A DNA stretch of 63,976 bases, filler included, from Saprolegnia diclina VS20 (lineage: Eukaryota): the NCBI RefSeq assembly GCF_000281045.1. It is 4 parts of 2 records of this genome, joined end to end, with 100 filler letters (N's around TTAATTAATTAA, not from the genome) between each part and the next. Parts side by side here need not be neighbours in the genome. Positions count along the whole stretch, not along the records: positions 18,361 to 49,165 come from NW_008246092.1; 3 more parts are not named here. One strand, written 5' to 3'. The notes under the pieces were generated by a model. The model had not been told where the DNA came from and did not search any database. It was given only the letters and a program-made list of their open reading frames with translations. Numbering within the stretch: position 1 is the first letter of the stretch; each line of letters begins with the position of its first letter. Positions 23,359 to 35,551 of this stretch are shown here, piece after piece. Made by a program: the position numbers and the translations under genes.

Positions 23359-25237
23359 TACTTGGAGGACGCCACCAAATGGCTCACGCGATTCACCTCG
23401 AACGGCCGCAGCTTTTTGCGTCTCCAGCGCGGGACCAAGGGCGAGCGCCGCAAGTGGCTTATGCCCGTGTGCAAGAACGACAACATTGGCAACTCGTCTG
23501 CATCGTCTGGCCGACTCCATGAACCCACATGGTACGCCATTCTGCTTGGTTTTGCCACCGCCTTTGCTACGCTCGTCTGGCAGGACACGGGATCCACGCA
23601 ACACGTTTACCTGTCGTCTCGCGGGTTCCGATACAACAGCCCCAATGATCGGTGATCTGCATCGTTGGCGGCTGCTTGGCGATGGTATGCGCGCCGGTGG
23701 ACCGAGGTCTGTGCGTGTGCTCTTGACGCCTCGTCTTGGTGATTGCGTTCGTCTCGGTGTCGCTCGAGACTGACGGTCGGGCGTGGTCGTTCGTAGTGAG
23801 GCGTCGCGTTGAAAACGTGGTGCATCTTGCTCGCTGCAGTTCTTCAGAGTCGCGCCAACGAGCCTTGGTGTTGGCTGCTGCGTGCAAACGTGGCGGTGCT
23901 TATCGTCTGTGTCGGTGCTGATGTCAAGCGTCACCTGGTCGGTGTCCGTTGGCAGTTTGCCGTCTCGGAGCGATCTTGGTCGCGCCGCTCGCTTGAAAGT
24001 TGCGCCAGTGTGTGAGGCCGTGCCTCGATGGCGGCAGCGTGTGATATGCCTTGCATCTTGGAGAAGCCGTTGGTCGGGAGAGACGGGGGTCTTGCCGCGA
24101 CTGCTGGTTGTCGATCTTGCGCGACTTGGCCGCGGTCGCCGCTTGATGGAGATGTCGAAAGTGGCTCAGCAGCGCAGCCCCCAAATAGAGCGGTGCTTGA
24201 GGTGCTTGGACGTGACGAGTGTTGTTGTCGGGGCGGGTGGCGGAGCTGCGACTTGTTGTCTCTCGTGGGTGATTCTAGAGGTAAACATAGTGAGCACGCT
24301 TTGTGTTGCGCGAGCGCTGCGAAAGCGCGGCTTGATCCAGTTGCAAGGTCGCCGTGCCAGAGTCGCTGCGTATGACGGCGCGCATGCACACGTAGGATCT
24401 TCAGTTAGCACCAACTGTGCATCGGGCGCGATCTCTGCAAGGGGCACGCGTGCTTCGATGCTCTGGGGCACAATGATGGCTGAACGTCCAGCGCTGTTGG
24501 TGCGCCGGTGTCGAGGCAAGAGACATCGAGTCGTCAGTGTCGTTGGTGCGGAGCATCGTTGTTGAAGCACGAGACGACCAGGACACTGCTGCAGTCGCTG
24601 AGGTGGAGCATCGGTGTCGTAGCACGAGAAGATCGGACGGTGCTGCCGTCAACACCTCGAACTGACCTTGGGAAGACGATGCATACTTTCATGCACACGT
24701 AGTCACACTGGTGACATTAGCGTTACAGAGAGGCGTGACTTTGACGAAAGTATGCACAGTGTTGGAGAAGGCTACAGATCGCGGGCGATGCTGTAGATCA
24801 TAGCTCGAGCCCCATAGACTGCATCCTAGCGATGCAGAAGCCACCCCGCGGCGCAAACGCCGCATGTAGCGAATTAAATCGAAATTCCAGTAGTTGCGCT
24901 TGTTGCCAGCAAAGGAGGCAATGGAGGTGGCCTACCACACCTGCCATGGGTTGGCGAGGCGGTGCCCCAATAGAACCCCGGTCACTTATGTTTCTGTTGC
25001 AAAAACCTGGGCNNNNNNNNNNNNNNNNNNNNNNNNNNNNNNNNNNNNNNNNNNNNNNNNNNNNNNNNNNNNNNNNNNNNNNNNNNNNNNNNNNNNNNNN
25101 NNNNNNNNNNNNCCGGGGGCCGTGGGGTCTGAGAGCCTTTTCTAGGGTCCGAAAGAGCTGACCGTACCCTAGGGTGGCGCAAGACCCCCGGGACTCTTTC
25201 AGAGCATTGTACGCTGCTTTGTTGGAGACAAACGTTA

Positions 25238-26385
25238 GGCCGAGTTCAGATAATTCTGGACATTTGGACATTTTAAAATCCGTGCATTTTGGATTTTTTA
25301 ATATCCGTTTATTTCGGTGAAAAATCTGAACTCGACGAAAAATCATGTGGACATTTCGACCTCTCGACACAGCATATCGTTCGACGCCCAACAAGTAACA
25401 AGGTTTGTCTGGAGACGTGCGAGAAGTCGTGTGTGAATAGCATACACATTGCAAGATCAACCGAGGGACACTTAGTAACGCGGAGGATGGCCTACTGGGT
25501 CGTTCGGCGGGTTGGGCTCAGACTGAAGACCTGTCCGAAGACCAAAGCTGTCAATATACGTATCAAGTCCAGCACTTGGCTCCTAGCTTGATTGATGTAG
25601 CTATTGATGTGCAGCACGACGCCGTCTAGTTTAGAGATTGCTCTTGGTGCTTCGGGTCGTGATCGTCCATGTCGCGGCCGGCATGATCCACCTATTTCGT
25701 GGCGTTGGCACGCGCCGTCTGCCCTTTGATATCAATGCGCGTGTGGACGTGTGGACCTTGGGGTGCTCAAACTGCTGCGCGGCCATTGCCGCGTGTGCCC
25801 GTGACGCCGCCGAGGAAAGAGGCAGTCGCCCTGCCGCTGGGAAACGAGTTCGCCAAGAACCGATCATGGTCGAGGCCGAGGATCTACATGGTATCCTTGG
25901 GCACCGTCTAGACCATGCGCGGGTGACGCGAAGCAGCGGAGCGGGTCGTCCAGGGCGCGCTTGCCGTTGTGCACGAGGAAGCACGCAGCGCCGTCTGGGC
26001 AGAGTCGCGCCTGCGACGACGAACGCGGCCTGCGCTATCGATGCGCGCTGTCGGTGAGCTCTTGACTACTCCTGAGCGTGCACTGATCGTGCACCAGCGT
26101 CGTTGTCATCCGGGCGCCGTAATGAGAATGCGACTGGCGCTGACTGGCGCCACTTCCACCGGATGGACCACCGGATGGACCTCTATGAAATGATAATATC
26201 CAGAATGCCAAAATGTCCAGCAAAAAATCCATCATTTTGGATGGATTTGTTTTGCCGGGTATTCGGCCAGAATATTCGGGAAAATATGCGCATATTTTTA
26301 TCTGAACTCGATTCACTTTGAAAAAAAACGGATATTTAAAATAGCCACCGAATATCCGGATATTTCGATTTATCTGAACTCGGCC
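25238..26385. mobile_element. Non-autonomous PIF/Harbinger element (1148 bp)
   Basis: TIR GGCCGAGTTCAGATAA / TTATCTGAACTCGGCC. TTA TSD at 25235-25237 and 26386-26388. AT-rich subterminal regions repeat atctgaactcg and ggacattt/aaatgtcc. Confidence 0.88.
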
Positions 26386-27296
26386 TTAGGTATAATGCTT
26401 GCGCGGGATACTGTACCCGAACGCCACTTCGTTGTGGCGATAGAAAACGTCTTTCTCGTCGCAATTGAGCATATCCTCGAGCGGTGTGACACACCGAGAA
26501 CCATCACTCACGAGTGATGGTCATTTTTTTTTTGGCACAAATCGCGGGCACATATCCGGTCATAGGGCTGGGCTGGGATCTCGTACATAACCTAGGGCAA
26601 TCTACAAACAGGGATGTATGAGGGGCGGGGGGCGGCCATCATGGCGGGTCCACCCTAGGGTAGGCCTTGACCCCCTGGGTGACCAGGGGTCCTGATACAA
26701 TTGTACAACCCAACCTCATCGAATGTGGTATTTTTGCCATCTTCAACTCCATCTACTGCGTCGCCGCCTTTGATGACCTCTGCGCTCTCACATCATCTGG
26801 CCCTCTCTACTTTTCAGACTGGTACACCCCAGCCAAGGCGTCGCGCATCGCGGAGAGTGTCGTCAACTAGTGAACACCTAGAGCTATCCAAACTTCATGT
26901 TTGCGTGCCATCCAATTTGAACCAAATAGTTCCGACCAGCCGACCCCACAACGGACCTGTTACCAGCTGAGCTACTAGTGCAATGTACGGTATTTGTCTA
27001 TCGTGGAGACCAGCGTCGTGGACAACGTCTTGTGCATCTTTGTCCCCAGCTTCTTTTGCCCAGGGCGAAATGTGGCATATGCCACGAATAAGTAAAAAGG
27101 TTGAACTTGGTGCTTGTGACGTAACCAGCTTCGCTTACCTCGCCAGGTGGTTCTGACGTCACCTCACACCCCTCATGAGCGCCTTCTTCTACGGTACTGC
27201 TGTGCATGACCAAATGCGGTCATGACTCGACTCGTTCGGCTTGTGCTTTACGGATGACATGTTGCAATCATTCGAAACGTATTTCGAGCCGATTGA

Positions 27297-28084
27297 ATGG
27301 CGACGCACAGTCGCCGTCGCGCCGAGTTATGGCTGGACGACGAGCCCGCCGAGCCGATGAAAGAGCTTAGCTTCTCGAGCAACAAGCGGCTCGCCAACGT
27401 AGCAAAGGGGCTTGCCAACCTCGCTTTAAAGCCACGCCGCGCCGTCAACCACAGCGTGCGTCCTCGTGTGGTGCACTGGCGCTGCATGGCAATCGTAGGA
27501 TCCTCGCCTTTCACTTCCGACGCGGCGCTTCGAGGCGCGACAGGCGTCGCTTGCCAGCGATATATCGCGTAACCTCTTGTCGCCGACAGAGCGAGCGCTC
27601 GATGCGCACATCGCTTTTGTGCGCGACCTCGTTGAAGATGGGCGCGTCTTTGAGCTTCGGACCGAGCTGCGAACGTTGAAGCGCGAGGTTTCTTCGTGGA
27701 AGGTACACTATTACTACGTATACTGTGTCTGGGATCGGAGTGAATAAATCCGACCTCATCTTGTCGGACTAGACACAGTGGGTCTTTCTCAACAAGAGTG
27801 GCTCGGCGCTCGCGTGGCGCGCACCGACGTGGTGGCGACCGACGCCGGCGCGGCCGTCGACATCTGGGTATCTGAGCCGCAGCAATGCGCTGCAGCTGAG
27901 TGACGTCGAGGACGTCATTTCTACCGCGGTGGAACCCGCGGCGCCGTATACTATCCAGATTACGACGTCAAAGAAAATGCTCTGGGTCGCATGTCGAACC
28001 AAGGAGGACCAAGCCCAAATGGAAGCCAGTGTGATAAAACTGGTCCGCCAAACCAAGCGGCGCCAAGCTGCCCGCAGCAATTAA
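27297..28084 (+). CDS. Small three-exon protein with a PH-like C-terminal domain
   Basis: Introns at about 27456-27498 and 27703-27772 give an open frame. WVFLNKSGSALAWR...LQLSDVEDV...IQITTSKKMLWVACRTKEDQAQM resembles a PH fold. Confidence 0.6.
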
Positions 28085-28596
28085 AATGACACATTGTTCG
28101 TTTTCCTGTAGACCGACTAGACAAAAAGAATTAGACTCTGGAACAATGCGCTGTGCCCATGTAGCGCGTAGTGTCCAGTCGTTGGCATCGCGTCGGTCGC
28201 CGTCGTCGTGATATCAGGTGCCACGTGAGCTCAAAGATCGTGCGTGGATTTCCACCAATCGTATGCTATCTTGCAGATGGCTTGTCTCTGATTGGGTGAC
28301 ACAGCGTGAGCTTCAAAGGTGCGTTTGGGGTCCAAACCGCCCCTGTCACACCTTATCTTTAAAAATGCATCAATTGACTAGATGTTTGTATGTATTATAA
28401 ATGCGAAGATTTCGAAGCCAGAGAAAAATGACAAAAAGGGAGGCATACAAACCCCAAGTGGGTTCTGCCAAGGGGCGCCCATGGATCGAATTTTGCGTCT
28501 CATTCCGCGATTTCCTTCGATACACAAGGTCCGTCCGTCTACGATCTTAGTGCTCGACGCACGCCAGTAGCTGAGCTCATGGACTAAACGCGTAGC

Positions 28597-30716
28597 ATGG
28601 GCAACGTTCACGGCCACGCGCTGCTCATGGCAGGCCTCACCGCGCTCCTCGTGACGACCATGTGGTTCCTCTCGGCGAAGCGACGCGCCCTGCGCACGTA
28701 CCGGTACCGCGATGGCTTTGCTGCATTTGAGGACACCAAGGCGACGACAACGCCACGGCCCACGCGCATGCCGGTTATTCAAGACCGATACCTCAAGTCC
28801 AAGGTGCCGTCGACGCTGGATGCGATCGTCGTGGGCAGTGGCATTGGCGGTCTCGGTGTAGCTGCCATCCTCGCGCGCATGGGCTGGCGCGTGCTGGTCT
28901 TGGAGCAGCACGACCGCGCTGGCGGTGCCACGCACACGTTCGAGGTATGCATCGTTGCCATTATCACGTGCACTGAGAAACGGAATGATTCGCAGGACAT
29001 GGGCGTCGAGTTCGACACGGGCACCCACTACATTGGCTCGATCGACCCGCAGTGCCGCGAGTACATGGAGCTCATGGGCATCGGCGACGATGTGCTGCAG
29101 TGGGACCCGATCGGTGCGCACGAAGACGGGTTTGCGTACGACAAGGTGGCCGTCGGCGAAAACGGTAGCTTCCAAGTCGCCTTTCCCGCGGGCCGCGACC
29201 GCTTCATTGCCGAGCTTCTGCGCAAGTTCCCGGACGAGCCCAACCTCAAGGAACAGCTCGAGGCGTACGTCGACCTCTGCGAGCGAGCGACCAAGCTCTC
29301 CCAGTGGTACGCTGACATTGCCTTTTGAGATTGCCGTTTGATGAATCGCGTTTTAGGTTTTACACGCTCAAGGTCGTCGAGCCGCAGTGGCTCGGGTCGC
29401 TCTTGATTCGCATTGCGCTCTTCTTTGGCGACCGCCACGGCTTTATGCGCCGCAACACGACCGACGTCATCGACAGCATCATCTCCAACAAGCTTCTCCA
29501 GCGCGTATTGTGCGGGCAGTGGTACACCCTCTACTTGTACCTCCTCGTCTCACGTCCATCATGCTGACAGGGGCGACCACGGCGTGCTTCCCGACTCGGC
29601 GCCGTTCTACATGCACAGCCAGATCGTTATGCACTACATGAATGGCGCGGTCTTTCCCCGTGGCGGGTCGGCCAAGATCGCCGAGGGTCTCGTGCGCTCC
29701 ATCGAGCAAAGCGGCGGCCGCGTCCTAGTCAAGGCCTCGGTCGCACAAGTGCTTGTCGAGGGCGGGAAGGCCGTCGGCATCCAGCTTGAGAACGGCGACA
29801 CCTTCCACGCTCCCGTCGTCGTCTCGAACATTGGGTTCTTCAACACGCGCGACAAGCTCCTCGACTCGTCGACGCTGGCGACTCTACCTCCCAACTGGCG
29901 GCAGTTTGAGGTCGTCGCCAACGCACAGCGGTCCGTGACCATGTGCTTCCTCTTCGTCTCGCTCGAGGGCACCGTGAGTGAACTGGAGCTGCCGGCCTAC
30001 AACGTCTGGTCGTGGCCCGACGTGACGGCGTCGACGACGTACACGGAGCGATTCCAGGAGGTGCTGCAGAAGGACCTCCACGCGAGCACGTCGCGGCCCG
30101 TGACGTTTATTGCGTTTCCGTGCGCCAAAGAGTCGACGTGGCACACGCGGTACCCCGGGAAGAGCAATGCGCTCGTGTTGGCGATGGTCAACTTTGAAGA
30201 CTTTGCGCCGTGGGCCCACATGAAGAGCGCCGACCGGGACAAGGACGTCGCGTACCAAGCGATCAAGGCGCAGTGGAAAACCAAGCTCGAGAAGGAGCTG
30301 TACGCTTACTACCCGCAGCTGCAAGGCAAGGTCAAGGCCATGGACGTGGGCACGCCGCTGAGCTACAACACGTACTTGAACGCAGACAAGGGCGAGGTCT
30401 TTGGCCTCGAGATGGGCAAGTGGCGCTTTACGCCCGCAGCGTTTGACGTGCTCCGACCATCGACGCCGATTCCAGGTATGTGTGTGTGGCTCTGGATTCT
30501 GAAATCTGACATCTGAAATCTGGTTTAGGGTTTTACCAGACGGGCCAGGACATTGTCGCGATCGGCATCATGGGTGCGCTCATGTCGGGTGTCGTGACCG
30601 CGCACAACATTCTGCAGTTTGGCCAGTTGCCGTCGCTGGCCAGCGGGCACTTTGACTTGTACGACGACTGCAAGCAAAAAGGTGTCGTGCGACCGTCCAA
30701 GGCCACGATGGCCTAA
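28597..30716 (+). CDS. RETSAT: All-trans-retinol 13,14-reductase-like / phytoene desaturase family FAD oxidoreductase (about 5 exons)
   Basis: N-terminal [56 protein letters not shown] and QTGQDI motifs. Confidence 0.88.
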
Positions 30717-30856
30717 GAAGAAGGCTAATTACCCTAACACGGTCCATCCTGCATCCTCTATCCATGGATCAAGTATCTAAACTTCAAGTATCCTGTGGGC
30801 ACTCGTGTTGTTTAGAATACTAGTTCGAGTCCCTAACCCTTGGTTGTTCGGTCAGG

Positions 30857-33800
30857 CTAGTGGTCGGTGTAGGACGTTGCGTCGTGCTTGATCTGGAGAC
30901 GCTGCAAGTCGCCCGAGAGGGTCTCGTCGTCGGTCGTCGCGACATCAAAGCCGGAGGCATACCCGAGACGCTCGATACAGGTCAGATGACGCAGCACGCA
31001 TCGTATCCCAGGCGCGACGCTGCTCTCGCGTCGGACAAGCTCCATGACGAGCGGTTTAACCAGCAGCCAGAGAAAGCGACCGCCTATCGTTGGCACCACG
31101 CGCAAGAGCTGACGGAGCTCAGTGTCGCGCAGTGCTGCAACGTCGCCGTCGAGCAGATGCTGCACCAGCATCGGGTCGCCTTCGCAATGCAGCACGAGCT
31201 CGAGCCATGGCACCGGTGCGCTCAGTAGCGCACTCTGCACCGCCACATGTCCTTGGTCTACATATCGCATCAGTCTACTCGTCCCAGAAACAAAGCCGCA
31301 CCAGCAAGCACGAGGCGGTCCTCGAACGCCGCGCTAATGTCCAGCACCGCGCAGAGCCGCTGCAGGGGGCAGACGCGCAACGTCTCGTCGAGGAGCGACC
31401 GAGCCAGCGTGTGGCGCTGAAGCCGCTCGTGCATGCGCACGGCCCACTCGCCGCCCTTTTCGCTGAACGTCCGGAGCCCCGCGAGCAACAACGGGTGCCA
31501 CCCCTCGGTGGCAAGGAATGATGCAAACGACACACTTGACGCGTGCAGCGTCACCCAAATGTAGCAGTTACGGACGACCGAAAAGAGACTTCGGGGCCGA
31601 GCTTTGGCCACGCAGAACGCCAGCAGATGCGGGGGCACGTGCCGGACAAAGGCTCGCAGTCGCCGCCGCGCCGTTTCGGGCAAGAGCGTCGGCATTGTCG
31701 CGCGTTGCAACTGCAGCGTCCAATAGCGCACGGCCACCGCATCGTCGACCAAGCCGACGTCGCTCGGCACGAGGCGTTCGAGCAAGACGAGTTGATCGTA
31801 GAGCGCAGCGTCCTGGACGACGCTCGGACACAAGAGCGGTCGCGACGGGAGGAGTGCCGCGAGGAAGAGGCAGTCGCGCCACGTCGGCGACTCTGCTGCG
31901 TGCAGTCGGTCGAGAAGCACGTGGTCGTGCCACCCGGCAGCGGCCATCGGTGGCAAATGCCGCGGCGCCATCTGAACCAGCGAAAACACCGACGTCGTCG
32001 GGTGCGTTGTCGACGAATCAGTGGCCAGAGCATCCGGGACAAAGTACTTGACAAGGGTTTGGTGGGACGTCAGTAGCACACGAAACGCAGCGTTCAAGCT
32101 ATGCGACAGCTGGAGCTGGACGTGGAGCCAGCTGCCGGCGACGCTCGTCTCGAACGAGCTCCACTTGATTTCGCAGCCCTAGACATATATCACGTGAGGC
32201 GGGAGAATCCACGTCGGACACGTGTACGTGGCACTGCGAGAGCGTGTTGAGACCGAAGCGGCAATGGCATACGGCGAGCTCCGTGGCTTTGAGCGTCGCG
32301 CGCGCCTCACGCGCAATGGCCTCGATCATCGGGAGGCGCACAAAGTGATAAAATCGGCTTTCCCAGAGCCGGACCGAAAGCACGTCGTTCGCCGGTCGAA
32401 GCTGCGCCGTGACGACCGATGCCGCCACGGTCGCCGACGCCATATAGGTCCGCTGCGACGCCTGGAACGTCGCCACCGCATGCAGCCCACGCACGAACGC
32501 GTCGATGCTCGTGTCGGCGAGTCGGCTCGTGTCAATTAAGTCGCAGAGGTGACCGCGCAACGCTCCGTCCGGACAGACAGCGAGCAACTTTTCCCAGAGC
32601 AGCGACGCTGGCGACGACGACGGTAGCGTGCTGATCGTGGCTGTGACCAGCGTCGTCCATGCTGGCGATTGAAGCAGCGCGAGTACCTTGGTGAGCATGG
32701 CTTCGATTGGCCGTGAGAAGCGCGGCAACACGAGGGGCACGGACTGTGATGCCACCAGCGTCATCATGAGCGGGTTGGCGCTCACAATGACTTCAATGCT
32801 CGGGCCATCGTCCATGGGCGACTGCAAGAGGCGCTGAAGCTCCTCACGCCGCGCCGTGTCGACTTGCGTCGTTGGCACCCATGTCATGAGGGCACTCGTG
32901 GCTGCATTGAGGAGCTGGACAATCTCGACGCCGTACAGTGCGCAAAATGTCAGCGCTTCCTCTTGGTCGCCGACACTCGCATCGTCGCTGCGGGTGGCCA
33001 CAAGAAGATGCGACGGAAGATCGGCGTCCAGCAGCGCCAAGCGAAGGTGCCCCGATGTGACGACGTGGGAGAGAAGCGACTATGCACGATGGATTGCTAT
33101 ATCGACAAGAGAAATGCGCGTACCTGGGCCCGCGCGGTTTGCACTGGCGTGTACTCTGTCGGGCGACACCACCATTCGGGGGCGTCGATCCACAGCTGCA
33201 CCCATTGAAGAACGACGTTGACGACCGCGTCAGATGTCGAGAGCGCGACGAGGAGCGCGCGCACACCCGCTGGGCAGTTGTCCTGCTCCAGTGCCTTGGC
33301 CATGCGCAACGCAAGGCTGCACGCAACGTACTCGAGCAAAACGTCATCGTCGTCAGTGCCCGCATGCGCAGTCGTGAGGAACCAGTTGATAATGGGCCGA
33401 AGCTCGTAGCGCCAAAAGGTCATGTCGACCGTCGCGAGGAAGGCGTCGAGCAGCGCGCGGCTCAGAATCGAGTCGCTGCCGCTGCGAGTGACAAGGTCTG
33501 CGACGGCGTTGGGAAGCGCATGCTGGCGGAGGAGCGAGCAAACCAGCACATGTGCCATGCTTTGCACATGGGCTTTCGGACGGTGCGGTGCGGCGCCGAG
33601 GTACCCTGCGTGTTCTAGAATGGGCACGAGCAGCCGCGGCGCCGCGTGCAAGAGTCTCGCTATGATCGGGGCTTCGGCGTACACGACCGGCGTCTCGTCG
33701 TTGGGGAGCACCCACTGCCGCCGCCTGCTAGCAACTTCGTCGAGGAGTCGTCGTTGGAATAAAAGCACACTGCGAAGCTCCGCCATCGCTCGAGCATAAG

Positions 33801-35290
33801 AAGCGACGAGGCCGCGGGCGTCTCGGCAGTAGAGCAGCTCCGTGCACTCGAGCCACATGGCTCTGGCGGGTGTGTAGGGACGAGCGGGCGGCACGGGCGA
33901 CTCGACATCGCATTGCCCGACCCTCTGGAGGTCGTCGCACGCCTGGCGCTGAATGGCCGCCAAGGCCGTCCGTACCGCGACGTGAGGCAGCCGCGCTGTC
34001 TCGGCGAGCAGCGCCGCTTGCAGCCAGCTGGGGTCAAAGGTGCGAAACGCGCGTACGAGTGGCGCGTCTGTAGGGGCGACGGACGCAACCCGGTGCACGA
34101 GCCAGACCCATGCGGCCTGTAGATGTGGGTACACCGGTGGGTGCAGCTCTTGCGGCAGCATCATCTCGTCGATCGAGAGTCGTAGAGCAAGGCGAAGGAG
34201 CAGCGCGACGTACGCTTGCTGCGCATACGGCGACAGCGCCGACGCCAAGGCGGTCCATAGACTTGGAACGACGTGGATCGAGGGCGGATGCTGCGGTTCG
34301 AGCGCCAAAAGCACCCACGGCAAGGTCGTCGACGATGTCTGTTGAGGAATGCGGTCGTAGAGAGCTGTGATGCTGGGCGACGGAAGCAAAGGCGGAGTTG
34401 ACGTGCGGTGAAGGAGGTTGCAGAGCACGGCGAGCACGTGGTCGAAACCATCGTCGTCCGCGGTCGGCAGGAGCTCGAGAAGGGACGGTAGCAGCGAAAT
34501 AAGCGTGTCGTGCTGATCGACGGCGCGGGACGCATTCCAAAGATGCGGCAAGGACGCTCGCGTCACAGCGCTGGGTATCTTGATGCGCACGTCGTGTACA
34601 CCGTGGAGCTCATGCACCGGTGGTAGAACGATATCGGCGCCGACAATTGAGCGCACTGCTTCGCCGGCGTGCTGCAGATGCACCGCAGGGTAGAGTGCGT
34701 CGCAAGCTCTCTCGTAGTAGCTACACGCAAAGATCTTGTGATCGTCTTGGCTCGACAAAGGTGCTTACGCGCGGACCCCGGAGAACGCTTGAACGATGAT
34801 CGTCTCTGCGTAGTGCCGGTGGCGGTAGAAGACGAGCGTGCCAGGCCCGGCTGGCCCACTGCTATTTAGGTCCAGCGCAACACTCAAGATATCGTGGGCC
34901 TCAAAGGCCATGTGTGTCGCGACAACGTCGCCGGCATGCCACAAGTCGCCGTTGGAGGCCAAGCCCCAGCCATGGCCGTCGCAGTCGCGGACCTTGCCGA
35001 GCCCGACGCCTTTGCGGATTTGGCCACTGACAACTCCGATCGCAATACCCTATACGATGACATGAGGTTGCTGACGACGAGTCAATGATGCGAACCTCGT
35101 GGCTTGCAAGAATCTCGAAATGGACGGCCCACACCGGTCCGAACGGCGTTGCCGCGACTGCCATGTGGCAGCGGCCGTCGCTGGCGGCCACGCATGCGAC
35201 GGTGGAGCCTGCGTCGTCCTGTGTCACCTGAAGCTCATTGCCGTGGGCGGTCGCGTCAAAGGCAAAGTCGCCGCCGATCTTGTCGGTCAT
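30857..35290 (-). CDS. Large multi-exon protein with an N-terminal SPRY-like domain and a long Leu-rich helical region
   Basis: IAIGVV...GLG...HGWGLASNGDLWH.G...DILSVALDL...TLVFY...AF...LYPAVHL. A chain of minus-strand ORFs is separated by short introns. Confidence 0.7.
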
Positions 35291-35551
35291 CGCCACCGCA
35301 AGAAGGATATCCGGATACCCTGCACCGAAATCCAGAATCTCCCGAAACAGAGTTTCAAACCGAGTTTGCCGATGCCCACACATGAGTCGTTGACAACAAT
35401 GCTGCCACCTCCGCTTCTTCGTGGCGCAGCAAGAATGAGTTCATGATGCACCAGAGATTGATAATGCAGGCAGCAGGGTCGGCTCAATTCCCGTTGCGGT
35501 CGTGACTTGCACCCAAGTGCTCGGAGCGTAGCTATCTTTAGGTCATTTGCC

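Larger units (their letters stand above)
21520..23670 (+). pseudogene. Ulp1/SENP-like (C48) peptidase gene split by a transposon insertion
   Basis: LQPGAYINDATIQ...HSQSYLE (to 21669) rejoins in frame with DATKWL...KWLMPVCKND (from 23368). Frameshifted HWQLVCI and VPIQQP motifs follow. Confidence 0.65.

Noticed and set aside
23700..24800. GC-rich stretch with many short overlapping ORFs
   Set aside because: No recognisable motif or consistent frame; probably degraded sequence.
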